Assembly: GCA_964605645.1 (NCBI GenBank)
Contig: CAZSDJ010000002.1
Location: 394-64,393, forward strand
DNA: 64,000 nt
Source: an uncultured Planctomycetia bacterium
Lineage (GTDB): Bacteria; Omnitrophota; Gorgyraeia; Duberdicusellales; 4484-171
Direction of reading: 5' to 3'
The position numbers and the translations under genes were made by a program. This document shows positions 27,305 to 36,241 of this stretch, in pieces. The stretch's first letter is position 1, and every line of letters starts with the position of its first letter. The notes under the pieces are model-generated. The model saw only the letters and a list, made by a program, of their open reading frames with translations. It was not told the origin of the DNA and ran no database searches.

Positions 27305-29122
27305 ATGAAAGAATGCCTAAAGGAATATCGTAAATTATTAAGCTTTGCTAAAGGCCAAAAACTCTGGCTTTTTTTAGCAATTGTTTGTATGGGAGTTACT
27401 ACTCTTTTTGAAGGGGTAAGCCTGGGTTTGATTATCCCTGTTTCGGACAGAGTCTTAACGAATAAAGAGATAGTTATCCCGGGCCAACTCCCTGATTTTT
27501 TAAGTAATTTGATCGATAAATTAAATGCGATTGAACCAATTTCTTTTTTAAAAATTATTGTTATTTTTATACCTTTTCTTTTCTTGCTTAAAGGTATTTT
27601 TGTTTTTCTCCAAAATTATTTTATGAATATAGTCGGCCAAAAAGTAATTTATGAAGTGAGAAACCGCCTTTTTGATAAATTCCATCAGCTTTCTATGAAT
27701 TTTTATTCACGCACCAGGATGGGGGAACTTATGTCCCGAATTACAAATGATGTGGGGGCAATTACCCAAGCTATTTCTTATGCCTTAAAAGACCTTTTAT
27801 TTGAATCAATGAAAGTTATTATTTTTGCGATTTTGGCTTTTTATATCGGTTTTAAAATTTCCTGGAAACTTCCCTTGGTGGCGTTTGTTCTTTTTCCTTT
27901 AATTATGCTTCCTGTCATCAAATTAGGAAAAAGAATTAAAAAATTTACAAGAACTATGCAGGAGAAAATGGCTGATTTAAATTCTTTAATGGCCGATACA
28001 ATTGGCGGAATGTATATTGTAAAAGCTTTTTCCCGCCAAAATCATGAAATGAAACGGTTTAGAGACATAAATTACAGTTATTATAAATTTAATATAAAAG
28101 CAATTAAAAGATTAATCATGATTTCTCCCTTAACAGAATTTATCGCTACAATCGGAGTTGGTTTTGTGTTGTGGGTGGTAGGGAGTGAAGTTATTGCCGG
28201 GAGAGTTTCTTTCGGTATTTTTGGTGCATTTATGGCTTATTTAATGTCAATGATTAGCCCTCTGAAGAAATTATCAAATGTGCATGCCATTAATCAGAAA
28301 GCATTAGCCGCATCATCCAGAATTTATCAAATCTTAGAGGAAACTCCGCAAATAGAAGAAAAAGATGATGCAGAAAACATTGACAATATGAATAATTGCA
28401 TTGAATTTAAAGATGTTTATTTTAGATATGGCTCCGACGATGAATTAGTATTAAAGGATATCAACTTAACAGTGAAAAAGGGGGAAGCCGTTGCTTTAGT
28501 GGGCCCGTCAGGAGCCGGTAAAACTACTCTGGTTAATTTGTTGCCGCGTTTTTATGATCCGGAAAAGGGGATGGTTCAAATTGACCAAAAGGATATAAAA
28601 AATCTAAAAATTGAACCTTTGCGAAATTTAGTTTCAATAGTTTCCCAACAAACAGTACTTTTTCATTCTACTGTGGGCGAAAATATTGCTTACGGGAAAG
28701 AAGGCGCGAGCCGAAGAGAGGTAGAGGAGGCTGCAAAAAAAGCACATGCTTATCAATTTATTCAACAATTTCCGAAAAAGTTTGATACTGTTGTCGGCGA
28801 TCGGGGCGTAAAGCTCTCCGGAGGCCAAAAACAAAGAATATCTATTGCCAGAGCAATCTTAAAAGATGCACCAATTTTAATTTTAGATGAGGCCACTAGC
28901 CAGTTAGACTCAGTTTCAGAGAAATTTATTAAAGAAGCTTTATCGTTATTGATGAAAGATAAAACTACCTTTGTGATTGCTCATCGGCTTTCTACAGTAG
29001 AAAATGCTGATTTAATTGTGGTTTTAGATAAAGGCAGAATCCAGGAAACCGGGACTCACGCCTCGCTTATTGCCGGTGATACTGCTTATAAAAGGCTGTA
29101 TGAACTGCAATTTAACATATAG
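27305..29122 (+). CDS. msbA: Lipid A export ABC transporter MsbA-like
   Basis: ABC TM domain + NBD (GPSGAGKT, LSGGQKQR, DEATSQLD); divergent from lpxB. Confidence 0.85.
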   Translation: MKECLKEYRKLLSFAKGQKLWLFLAIVCMGVTTLFEGVSLGLIIPVSDRVLTNKEIVIPGQLPDFLSNLIDKLNAIEPISFLKIIVIFIPFLFLLKGIFVFLQNYFMNIVGQKVIYEVRNRLFDKFHQLSMNFYSRTRMGELMSRITNDVGAITQAISYALKDLLFESMKVIIFAILAFYIGFKISWKLPLVAFVLFPLIMLPVIKLGKRIKKFTRTMQEKMADLNSLMADTIGGMYIVKAFSRQNHEMKRFRDINYSYYKFNIKAIKRLIMISPLTEFIATIGVGFVLWVVGSEVIAGRVSFGIFGAFMAYLMSMISPLKKLSNVHAINQKALAASSRIYQILEETPQIEEKDDAENIDNMNNCIEFKDVYFRYGSDDELVLKDINLTVKKGEAVALVGPSGAGKTTLVNLLPRFYDPEKGMVQIDQKDIKNLKIEPLRNLVSIVSQQTVLFHSTVGENIAYGKEGASRREVEEAAKKAHAYQFIQQFPKKFDTVVGDRGVKLSGGQKQRISIARAILKDAPILILDEATSQLDSVSEKFIKEALSLLMKDKTTFVIAHRLSTVENADLIVVLDKGRIQETGTHASLIAGDTAYKRLYELQFNI

Positions 29123-29177
29123 TAATAAATAATTGAAAATATTGTTGAATATGATATACTTTTCAAATGAATCTTAC

Positions 29178-29219
29178 TCCTTGACAATCAAACTGCCTAG
29201 ATAGTATATTTGTCAAGGA
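29178..29219. promoter_or_regulatory. TCCTTGACAA-N22-TTGTCAAGGA inverted repeat upstream of rpsB
   Basis: Perfect 10-bp inverted repeat containing TTGACA on both strands. Confidence 0.6.
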
Positions 29220-29314
29220 TTTAGATGAATTTGACCCTTGACATTTCTTGATGAACAAAGTTTATTATACATACATTTTACAATGCGAAAACGATATAAG
29301 GAGGAAAAAATACA

Positions 29315-30310
29315 ATGGGATTGACAGATACTATTAAAAAAATGTTGGAAGGAGGGGTTCATTTTGGGCATCTGAAGCGCAATTGGAACCCTAAAATGAA
29401 GAAATTTATTTTTGGTAGAAAGAAGAATATTTATATTATTGACTTAGAAAAAACTACTAAAAAGTTAGATCAAGCAAAAGAATTTGTTAAAGAAATAGCC
29501 AAATCAGGCGGGAATATTCTTTTTGTGGGGACCAAAAGGCAGATTAGGCCGGTGATTAAAGAGTTGGCAAATTCGTGTGACATGCCTTATGTGGACCAAA
29601 AATGGGTAGGAGGCTTGCTTACCAATTTTTCTACTATCAAAAAACGCTTGCAAAGATATCAAGAACTTCTCAAAATGCGGGAAAATGGAGAATTCGACGA
29701 CATCCCCAGTAAAGAAGTGGTGCGCCTGAATCGCCAAATTAGCCGGATGGATAAAAATTATAGTGGGCTGACCTCACTTACAACTTTACCGGATTGCGTG
29801 TTTGTGGTAGATCCAAAAAGAGAAAAATCTTCTGTAAGAGAAACAGCTAAATTATCAATTCCTTTGGTGGCTCTAATTGATACCGATGCTAACCCTGAAG
29901 AAGTAGATTACCCTATCCCCGGTAATGATGATGCAATTAGATCAGTAAAATTTATTGTCAGTTCTTTAGTTGAGGCGATAGAGGCCGGAAGAGAAAGTTA
30001 CCACAAAATAGAAAAAGAAAAAGAATCTAAAGAAAATAAAGAATTAAATGGCCAAGAAGAAAAATCGGAAGATGGAACCGAACAAGATAAAGAGCAGCAA
30101 GGAGAGAAAAAAGAGAAGGGAGAGAAATCCGAAATAGGAAATGCGAAATCCGAAAAGGAGAAAGGAGAAGAACAAAAAGAGAAATCCGAAATACGAAATA
30201 CGAAATCCGAAAAGGAGAAAGGAGAAGAACAAAAAGAGAAATCCGAAATAGGAAATGCGAAATCCGAAAAGGAGAAAGGAGAAACAAACAAAGAGGAGGA
30301 AGAGGAGTAG
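29315..30310 (+). CDS. rpsB: 30S ribosomal protein S2 with repeat-derived C-terminal tail
   Basis: GVHFGH..WNPKM, FVGTKRQ, WVGGLLTNF, IPGNDDAIRS. Confidence 0.97.
   Translation: MGLTDTIKKMLEGGVHFGHLKRNWNPKMKKFIFGRKKNIYIIDLEKTTKKLDQAKEFVKEIAKSGGNILFVGTKRQIRPVIKELANSCDMPYVDQKWVGGLLTNFSTIKKRLQRYQELLKMRENGEFDDIPSKEVVRLNRQISRMDKNYSGLTSLTTLPDCVFVVDPKREKSSVRETAKLSIPLVALIDTDANPEEVDYPIPGNDDAIRSVKFIVSSLVEAIEAGRESYHKIEKEKESKENKELNGQEEKSEDGTEQDKEQQGEKKEKGEKSEIGNAKSEKEKGEEQKEKSEIRNTKSEKEKGEEQKEKSEIGNAKSEKEKGETNKEEEEE
30122..30283 (+). repeat. 3x 57-bp (19 aa) tandem repeat built from heptamers inside rpsB
   Basis: Units at 30122, 30179, 30236: GA GAAATCC GAAATAG GAAATGC GAAATCC GAAAAGG AGAAAGG AGAAGAACAAAAA. 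Confidence 0.92.
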
Positions 30311-30841
30311 ATGAGTTTAGAGGACATAAAAAAATTGCGAGAACAAACTTCATTGGGGATAAAAGATTGTAAACAGGCACTTAAAGAGGCAGAAGGTGAT
30401 TTCGGAAAAGCCCTAAAAGTGTTGAGGGCAAAAGGAGCGGATGTTTTAAAAAAGAAAGGTTCCCGTACAGCTTCCCAAGGTGTAATTGAATCTTATGTGC
30501 ACTTTGGCGGTAATATCGGGGTTTTAGTTGAGGTTAATTGTGAAACGGATTTTGTGGCCAGAACCGACTTATTTAAAAAATTTGCAAAAGATATAGCAAT
30601 GCACATTGCAGCTATCGCACCTGAACATATAAGTGAAGACCAAGTACCGGAAGATATTTTAGAACAAGTAAAAAATAAGGATGATTATATTAAAAAAAAT
30701 TGCTTGTTAAATCAATCTTTTGTGAAAGACCCTTCGTTAACGGTGGCTGATTATTTAAAGAAGGTAGTATCTCAAACCGGTGAAAATATGAGGATAAAGA
30801 GATTTGCCCGCTTTGTAGTTGGGGAGGAAGATGAAGCCTAA
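30311..30841 (+). CDS. tsf: Elongation factor Ts (short form)
   Basis: IKKLREQT, EVNCETDFVA; rpsB-tsf-pyrH-frr synteny. Confidence 0.95.
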   Translation: MSLEDIKKLREQTSLGIKDCKQALKEAEGDFGKALKVLRAKGADVLKKKGSRTASQGVIESYVHFGGNIGVLVEVNCETDFVARTDLFKKFAKDIAMHIAAIAPEHISEDQVPEDILEQVKNKDDYIKKNCLLNQSFVKDPSLTVADYLKKVVSQTGENMRIKRFARFVVGEEDEA

Positions 30842-31544
30842 ATACAAGCGAATTTTGCTTAAATTGAGCGGCGAAGCATTTTTAGGAAAATTCTCGCACG
30901 GCATAGACACTGTAATTTGTGCTAATCTTGCTAAACAGATTAAAGAAATAGAAAAGATTGGTACAGAGATAGCGTTAGTAGTTGGCGGAGGCAATATCTT
31001 TCGCGGAGTTTCTAAGTCAAAAGAATTCAAGATGGAAAGAACGGTAGCTGATTATATGGGGATGATCGCTACAGTTATAAATGGCTTAGCTCTGCAGAAT
31101 GCCCTCAAAAATGAAAAAATTGATTCAAGAGTGATGACTGCGATCTCGATGCATAAGGTAGCAGAACCATATATACGGAGGCGGGCGATAAGACATTTGG
31201 AGAAAAAAAGAGTTGTTATTTTTGTAGCCGGAACGGGAAATCCTTATTTTACAACTGATACTGCAGCAGCTTTAAGAAGTGTTGAAATCGGCGGAGATGC
31301 ATTGTTTAAGGCGACCAAAGTAGATGGAGTTTATAGCGAGGATCCTTTGAAAAATAAAAAAGCAAAACTGTATACTAGTTTAAAATATAGGGATGTAATC
31401 AATAAAGAACTAAAAATCATGGATTCTACAGCAATTACTTTATGTATGGAAAATAAATTACCGATTACTGTTTTCAATTTTACAAAAGCCGGTAATTTAA
31501 AAAAAGCTGTTTCCGGACAAAAAATTGGGACAGTTATCAGTTAA
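30831..31544 (+). CDS. pyrH: UMP kinase
   Basis: RILLKLSGEA, GGGNIFRG, GTGNPYFTTDTAAALR. Confidence 0.97.
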   Translation: MKPKYKRILLKLSGEAFLGKFSHGIDTVICANLAKQIKEIEKIGTEIALVVGGGNIFRGVSKSKEFKMERTVADYMGMIATVINGLALQNALKNEKIDSRVMTAISMHKVAEPYIRRRAIRHLEKKRVVIFVAGTGNPYFTTDTAAALRSVEIGGDALFKATKVDGVYSEDPLKNKKAKLYTSLKYRDVINKELKIMDSTAITLCMENKLPITVFNFTKAGNLKKAVSGQKIGTVIS

Positions 31545-31555
31545 GGGGAGGAAGT

Positions 31556-32116
31556 ATGGGGACTAAAGAAGTAATAAAGAAAATTGAAAATAATATGGAA
31601 AAAACGATAGAAGCTATTAAACGCGAATTTTCCGAATTACGTTCAGGCCGGGCTAACCCTAAAATGGTAGAAGGGGTGAGGGTTAATTATTACGGCACAC
31701 CTACCTTGCTTAAGGAATTAGCTACAATTGGTGTTCCGGAAGCCAGAATGCTGGTAATTAGTCCTTACGACCCGTCTTCAGTAGCTGAAATTGAAAAAGC
31801 GATTCTCCAAGCAGATCTGGGGATTGCACCGATAAATGACGGTAAAATTATTCGTTTAGTGGTCCCGCCTTTATCCGAAGAAAGAAGAGACGAGCTGATA
31901 AAAATGGTCAAAAAAATTACTGAAGAAGGAAAAGTTTCTTTAAGAACAATACGCAGAGGCGGTAGAGAAGACATTAAAGATTTAGAAAAAGATAAAGAAA
32001 TTTCAGAAGATGAAAAATATAACACAGAAGAAGAACTTCAAAAATTAACTGACCGATATATAAAAACATTAGATAATCTTCTCGAAGAGAAAGAAAAAGA
32101 ATTAAAAGAATTTTAA
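31556..32116 (+). CDS. frr: Ribosome recycling factor
   Basis: LRSGRANP, YYGTPT, PPLSEERR. Confidence 0.97.
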   Translation: MGTKEVIKKIENNMEKTIEAIKREFSELRSGRANPKMVEGVRVNYYGTPTLLKELATIGVPEARMLVISPYDPSSVAEIEKAILQADLGIAPINDGKIIRLVVPPLSEERRDELIKMVKKITEEGKVSLRTIRRGGREDIKDLEKDKEISEDEKYNTEEELQKLTDRYIKTLDNLLEEKEKELKEF

Positions 32117-32122
32117 AATTTA

Positions 32123-32195
32123 GAGCCGCTAGCTCAGTTGGTAGAGCACCGCCCTTTTAAGGCGGCTGTCCCGAGTTCGAGCCTCGGGCGGCTCA
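32123..32195 (+). tRNA. tRNA-Lys (TTT)
   Basis: Acceptor GAGCCGC/GCGGCTC, anticodon arm CCGCC-CTTTTAA-GGCGG, TTCGA T-loop. Confidence 0.95.
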
Positions 32196-32198
32196 CTT

Positions 32199-32283
32199 GC
32201 CGCGGTGGCGGAATTGGCAGACGCGCTGGACTTAGAATCCAGTCTCGTGAGAGGTGGGAGTTCGACTCTCCCCCGCGGCACCA
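32199..32283 (+). tRNA. tRNA-Leu (TAG), encoded CCA
   Basis: Acceptor GCCGCGG/CCGCGGC, anticodon arm CTGGA-CTTAGAA-TCCAG, long variable arm. Confidence 0.95.
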
Positions 32284-32285
32284 AT

Positions 32286-32320
32286 TAGCCAATGGCTAAT
32301 GGCTAATAGCTATAAGCTAA
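32286..32320 (+). repeat. 5x heptamer array filling the tRNA-Leu/tRNA-Gly spacer
   Basis: TAGCCAA TGGCTAA TGGCTAA TAGCTAT AAGCTAA. Confidence 0.8.
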
Positions 32321-32323
32321 ATT

Positions 32324-32396
32324 GCGGGTGTAGCTCAGCCGGTAGAGCGTCACGTTGCCAACGTGAAGGTCGGGGGTTCGAGACCCCTCGCCCGCT
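32324..32396 (+). tRNA. tRNA-Gly (GCC)
   Basis: Acceptor GCGGGTG/CGCCCGC, anticodon arm TCACG-TTGCCAA-CGTGA. Confidence 0.95.
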
Positions 32397-32418
32397 TGTT
32401 TAATGTTCTTTATATAAG

Positions 32419-32459
32419 GCGAGTAGCAAGTAGTAAATTAACCAATTAACCAATTAATT
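32419..32459 (+). repeat. Short 7-mer and 8-mer arrays directly before the PTS EIIA start
   Basis: GCGAGTA GCAAGTA GTA followed by AATTAACC AATTAACC AATTAATT. Confidence 0.55.
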
Positions 32460-32930
32460 ATGGATATAGTTAATTATTTAGATGAAGAAAGTATTATTTT
32501 TGGTTGTAAACAAAGGGATAAAAAAAGTCTTATTTCTTTTTTGTTGGATAATTTAGTATTGTCTAATAAGTTAAATAAAAAAAATAAAAGAGACATTTTA
32601 GCTACTGTAATCCAAAGAGAAGAAATGGGTTCGACTGCTATTGGCGGCAGTATTGCCTTACCTCACGCTCGCATTAATTCAGTTAACAATATTTTACTTT
32701 CCTTATATATCACCAAAGAAGGTATTGATTTTGATGCTCTTGATGAAAAGCCGGTTAACATTGTAGTTTTACTTTTATCCAATAAAATGCAAGCCGGTAG
32801 CCATTTGAAAACTTTAGCATTTTTGGCGAGGATGCTCAGAGATAAATATTTTGTAGAAAGTTTGACAAAAGCAAAAGATAAAAAAGAAATTATCAAATTA
32901 TTAATAAAACAACAGCAAGCTGTTAGTTGA
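32460..32930 (+). CDS. ptsN: PTS EIIA component, PtsN/fructose-mannitol family
   Basis: REEMGSTAIGGSIALPHAR, GIDFDALDEKPV. Confidence 0.85.
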   Translation: MDIVNYLDEESIIFGCKQRDKKSLISFLLDNLVLSNKLNKKNKRDILATVIQREEMGSTAIGGSIALPHARINSVNNILLSLYITKEGIDFDALDEKPVNIVVLLLSNKMQAGSHLKTLAFLARMLRDKYFVESLTKAKDKKEIIKLLIKQQQAVS

Positions 32931-32935
32931 TTGTT

Positions 32936-34201
32936 ATGAAAAAATTTATAAAAATTGTAAAATGGTTTTACCCCGGCCTTAGGGTTAAAAGATGGGTTAG
33001 CTTGCTGCTGGTAAGTTTATTTTTCCTTGTTTTTTCTGCGGTTCGTCTTTTTTTTGATACAGTTTTGTTGTTGAGGGTCTTTGACAGCCTTCTTTTAATT
33101 GCTTCTTTTCTAGGGGTGGTTGTAGGGCTTTCTTCTTTGATGCATAGTTTTTTTCAAGCCGTTTATCCTCAGGATCAACGGGGGATGATTGATTTAATAT
33201 ATGAAAAAAGATTTTTATCAAAAGGCCCGAAGATAGTGGCGATTGGAGGCGGGACCGGCCTTTCGACATTACTGGAAGGACTGAAAAAATATACCGCAAA
33301 CATTACCGCAATTGTAACTGTTGCCGATGAAGGTGGTTCTTCAGGCCGCTTGCGGGAAGAATTTGGGATATTGCCGCCGGGGGATATCAGAAATTGTCTT
33401 GTTTCGTTAGCTGAGACTCCTCAGTTGTTGCGTGATTTATTTCAGTATCGGTTTAAAGAAGGCGAAGGAATGAAAGGGCATAGTTTTGGCAATATTTTTA
33501 TTACTGCCATGACCCAGGTAAGCGGAAGCTTTAAGGATGCAATCAAGGAATCCAGCATTATTTTAGCAATTCGCGGAAAGGTTTTGCCGTCTTCGCTCTC
33601 AAATTTAAGAATTAAAGCTGATTACTTAGATGGAACCACTATCCAGGGAGAAGATAAGATTCCGCAGAATAGAAGTAATATCAAAAGATTGCATTTAATG
33701 CCAAAAGATGCTAAAGCTAACCCGGAAGCAATAGCGGCAATTAAAAAAGCAGACATTATAGTTTTAGGCCCGGGAAGTTTATTTACCAGTGTAATTCCAA
33801 ATTTATTAATTAAGGATTTAGGTGATGCAATTTCGCGTCAGCAAGTTACAAAAGTATATATTTGCAACGTAATGACTCAGGAAGGTGAAACTGATAATTA
33901 TACCGCAGCCGATCACCCAAAACAGATTATAGCTCATACTAATAAAAATATTGTTAATTCATGTATTGTAAATTCCGGTAGGTTGAATTCAAATTTATTA
34001 TCTAAATATGCAGAACAAAAATCATTTCCGGTTGTGTTTGACCGAGGCAGGTTAAAGAGCATGGGGATATCTGTTTATGAGTCTGACGTAATAGATCGAA
34101 CTAATTATCTCAGGCATAATCCTCAAAAAACAGCTCGTGAAATAATACGTATTTATAATAAAAGAAGGAAAAAATGGCTAGGGTTGAGAAACAGGTTTTA
34201 A
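32936..34201 (+). CDS. yvcK: YvcK/GlmR (CofD-like) family protein with N-terminal membrane extension
   Basis: IGGGTGLS, DEGGSSGRLR, PPGDIRNCL, GPGSLFTSVIPN. Confidence 0.9.
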   Translation: MKKFIKIVKWFYPGLRVKRWVSLLLVSLFFLVFSAVRLFFDTVLLLRVFDSLLLIASFLGVVVGLSSLMHSFFQAVYPQDQRGMIDLIYEKRFLSKGPKIVAIGGGTGLSTLLEGLKKYTANITAIVTVADEGGSSGRLREEFGILPPGDIRNCLVSLAETPQLLRDLFQYRFKEGEGMKGHSFGNIFITAMTQVSGSFKDAIKESSIILAIRGKVLPSSLSNLRIKADYLDGTTIQGEDKIPQNRSNIKRLHLMPKDAKANPEAIAAIKKADIIVLGPGSLFTSVIPNLLIKDLGDAISRQQVTKVYICNVMTQEGETDNYTAADHPKQIIAHTNKNIVNSCIVNSGRLNSNLLSKYAEQKSFPVVFDRGRLKSMGISVYESDVIDRTNYLRHNPQKTAREIIRIYNKRRKKWLGLRNRF

Positions 34202-34437
34202 TAAAAAGAAAACACGGGCTGCATGCAAGGCCGGTTACTTTATTTGTACAAATTGCTAATAAATTTAATTCAGTGATAAAAATAAAACATAAAAAAGAAG
34301 TTGTTGACGGAAAATCGATAATTGCTACCCTTAGCCTTGGCCTAAACAGAGGGGAAAAGATTAACATTATTACCGAAGGTGAAGATGCTAAAGAGGCTTT
34401 AAATGAATTAGTAAATTTTATCAAAGAAGGAGATTGA
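34174..34437 (+). CDS. ptsH: Phosphocarrier protein HPr
   Basis: GLHARP, VDGKSI. Confidence 0.93.
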   Translation: MARVEKQVLIKRKHGLHARPVTLFVQIANKFNSVIKIKHKKEVVDGKSIIATLSLGLNRGEKINIITEGEDAKEALNELVNFIKEGD

Positions 34438-34472
34438 GTTGAATTTATATATAGAATATTCAGGGAGGTTTT

Positions 34473-36230
34473 ATGATTAAGCGCAAGGGTGTGGTGGCAT
34501 CCGGTGGAGTAGGCATAGGTAAAGCTTACATAATTAGAGAAGATGACCTTTTTGTACCGAAGAAAAAGATTGCCTATGGTGATATATCGCGCGAAATCTA
34601 TAAATTCGAAGAAGCTTTGATAAAAACTCGGCGTCAAATATCTCAAATTCAAGAAAAAATTTCAAAGGAAATTGGATTTGACCACGGGAGAATTTTTGAA
34701 GCTCATTTTCTTGTTTTAGAAGACAGGGTTTTAATTGAAGATGTGATTAAACAGATAAAGAATAATCGGGTAAATGTGGAATATGCTTTTTCACAAAGTA
34801 TCAAAAAGTATATCGAAACATTGTTAAAATTAAATGATGAATATTTGCGGGAAAGGGTTGTAGACATTAAAGATATTGCGCGTCGAGTAATAAAAGCAAT
34901 GCTTAAAGAAAAAAGTGCAAAATTGATGGATTTAAAAAATAAAAGTGTAATTGTAGCTCATGACCTCACCCCTTCTCAAACAGCAGATATACCTAAGGAA
35001 AAAGTTATAGCTTTTATTACGGATGTGGGGGGGAGAACTTCACATACGGCAATTATTGCCAGAAGCTTGGGGATCCCGGCAGTAGTGGGGCTTAAAGATG
35101 TTACTAAAAATATCAGCGATGGCAATGAAGTAATAGTTGATGGGTTTTCGGGGATGGCGATAGTTAAGCCGACTAAAAAAACAGTTGCAGATTATAAGAA
35201 AAAAATAAATCGCTACTCTCAAGAAATAAAAGCAGCTAAAAGGCCGAAAATCGGCAAGGCGGTGACCAAAGACGGCAGGCGAATTGAGGTTTCAGCTAAT
35301 ATAGAATTACCGGAAGAATTAGGATTAGTGAAAAAATATGGTGCCGACGGGATAGGCCTTTATCGGACTGAATATATTTTTCTCGGTAAAAGGGATTTGC
35401 CTTCTGAAGAACAGCAATATCAAGCTTATCTAAATGTGGCGAAGAAAGGTAAACCGGAATCGGTCATAATTAGAACGATTGATATTGGCGGAGATAAGTT
35501 TTTATCGCGGCCTGATGTTCCTCAAGAAATGAGTCCTTTTTTAGGCTGGAGAGCAATACGATTTTGTTTGGCTCGCCCCGAAGTATTTAAAACTCAAATT
35601 CGTGCTATATTGAGAGCTTCTGCAGAAGGAAATGTAAAAATGATGTTTCCGATGATCTCCGGGATTGAAGAACTGCGTCAAGCTAAAAAGGTAGTTTCTG
35701 ACTGCAAAAGAGAATTGAGAAAAAAAGGAAAAAAATTTGATGAACATATTAAAATAGGAGCAATGATTGAAGTTCCTGCGGCCGCCTTAACTGCTGATAT
35801 CTTGGCAAAAGAATCTGATTTTTTTAGCATTGGCACAAATGATTTAATTCAATATTCTTTGGCAGTGGACAGGGCAAATGAAAAGGTTGCTTATCTTTAC
35901 CAGCCGGCGCATCCGGCGGTATTGAAATTAATCAAAACTATTATTGAAGGTGCACAAAAAAATAAAATTTGGGTAGGGATGTGTGGGGAAATGTCATCAG
36001 AGCCTACTTTAGCATTTTTACTGTTAGGCCTTGGCCTTGATGAATTCAGTATGCCGCCGCCTCAAGTATTAAAAATTAAAGAATTAATCCAAAGAGTAAA
36101 ATTTGCAGATGCTAAAACGGCTGCCCAAAAAGCAATTAGCTTGCCTACTGCAGGAGAGATAGAAAAATATTTAAAAAGTAAATTAAGAAAAATTTTAGAT
36201 AAAGATTTTTATAATTTTCTCAATATATAA
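34473..36230 (+). CDS. ptsI: PEP-protein phosphotransferase (Enzyme I)
   Basis: GGRTSHTAI, GIGLYRTE, FLGWRAIR, SIGTNDL, GMCGE. Confidence 0.96.
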   Translation: MIKRKGVVASGGVGIGKAYIIREDDLFVPKKKIAYGDISREIYKFEEALIKTRRQISQIQEKISKEIGFDHGRIFEAHFLVLEDRVLIEDVIKQIKNNRVNVEYAFSQSIKKYIETLLKLNDEYLRERVVDIKDIARRVIKAMLKEKSAKLMDLKNKSVIVAHDLTPSQTADIPKEKVIAFITDVGGRTSHTAIIARSLGIPAVVGLKDVTKNISDGNEVIVDGFSGMAIVKPTKKTVADYKKKINRYSQEIKAAKRPKIGKAVTKDGRRIEVSANIELPEELGLVKKYGADGIGLYRTEYIFLGKRDLPSEEQQYQAYLNVAKKGKPESVIIRTIDIGGDKFLSRPDVPQEMSPFLGWRAIRFCLARPEVFKTQIRAILRASAEGNVKMMFPMISGIEELRQAKKVVSDCKRELRKKGKKFDEHIKIGAMIEVPAAALTADILAKESDFFSIGTNDLIQYSLAVDRANEKVAYLYQPAHPAVLKLIKTIIEGAQKNKIWVGMCGEMSSEPTLAFLLLGLGLDEFSMPPPQVLKIKELIQRVKFADAKTAAQKAISLPTAGEIEKYLKSKLRKILDKDFYNFLNI

Positions 36231-36241
36231 TTGGGGGTAGT

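Noticed and set aside
29998-30380. Three overlapping minus-strand ORFs (FRISDF/FGFRIS repeats)
   Set aside because: Antisense shadows of the purine-rich heptamer repeat in the rpsB tail.
32123-32459. tRNA-targeted genomic island
   Set aside because: No integrase and no duplicated tRNA 3' end was seen; downstream genes are core.
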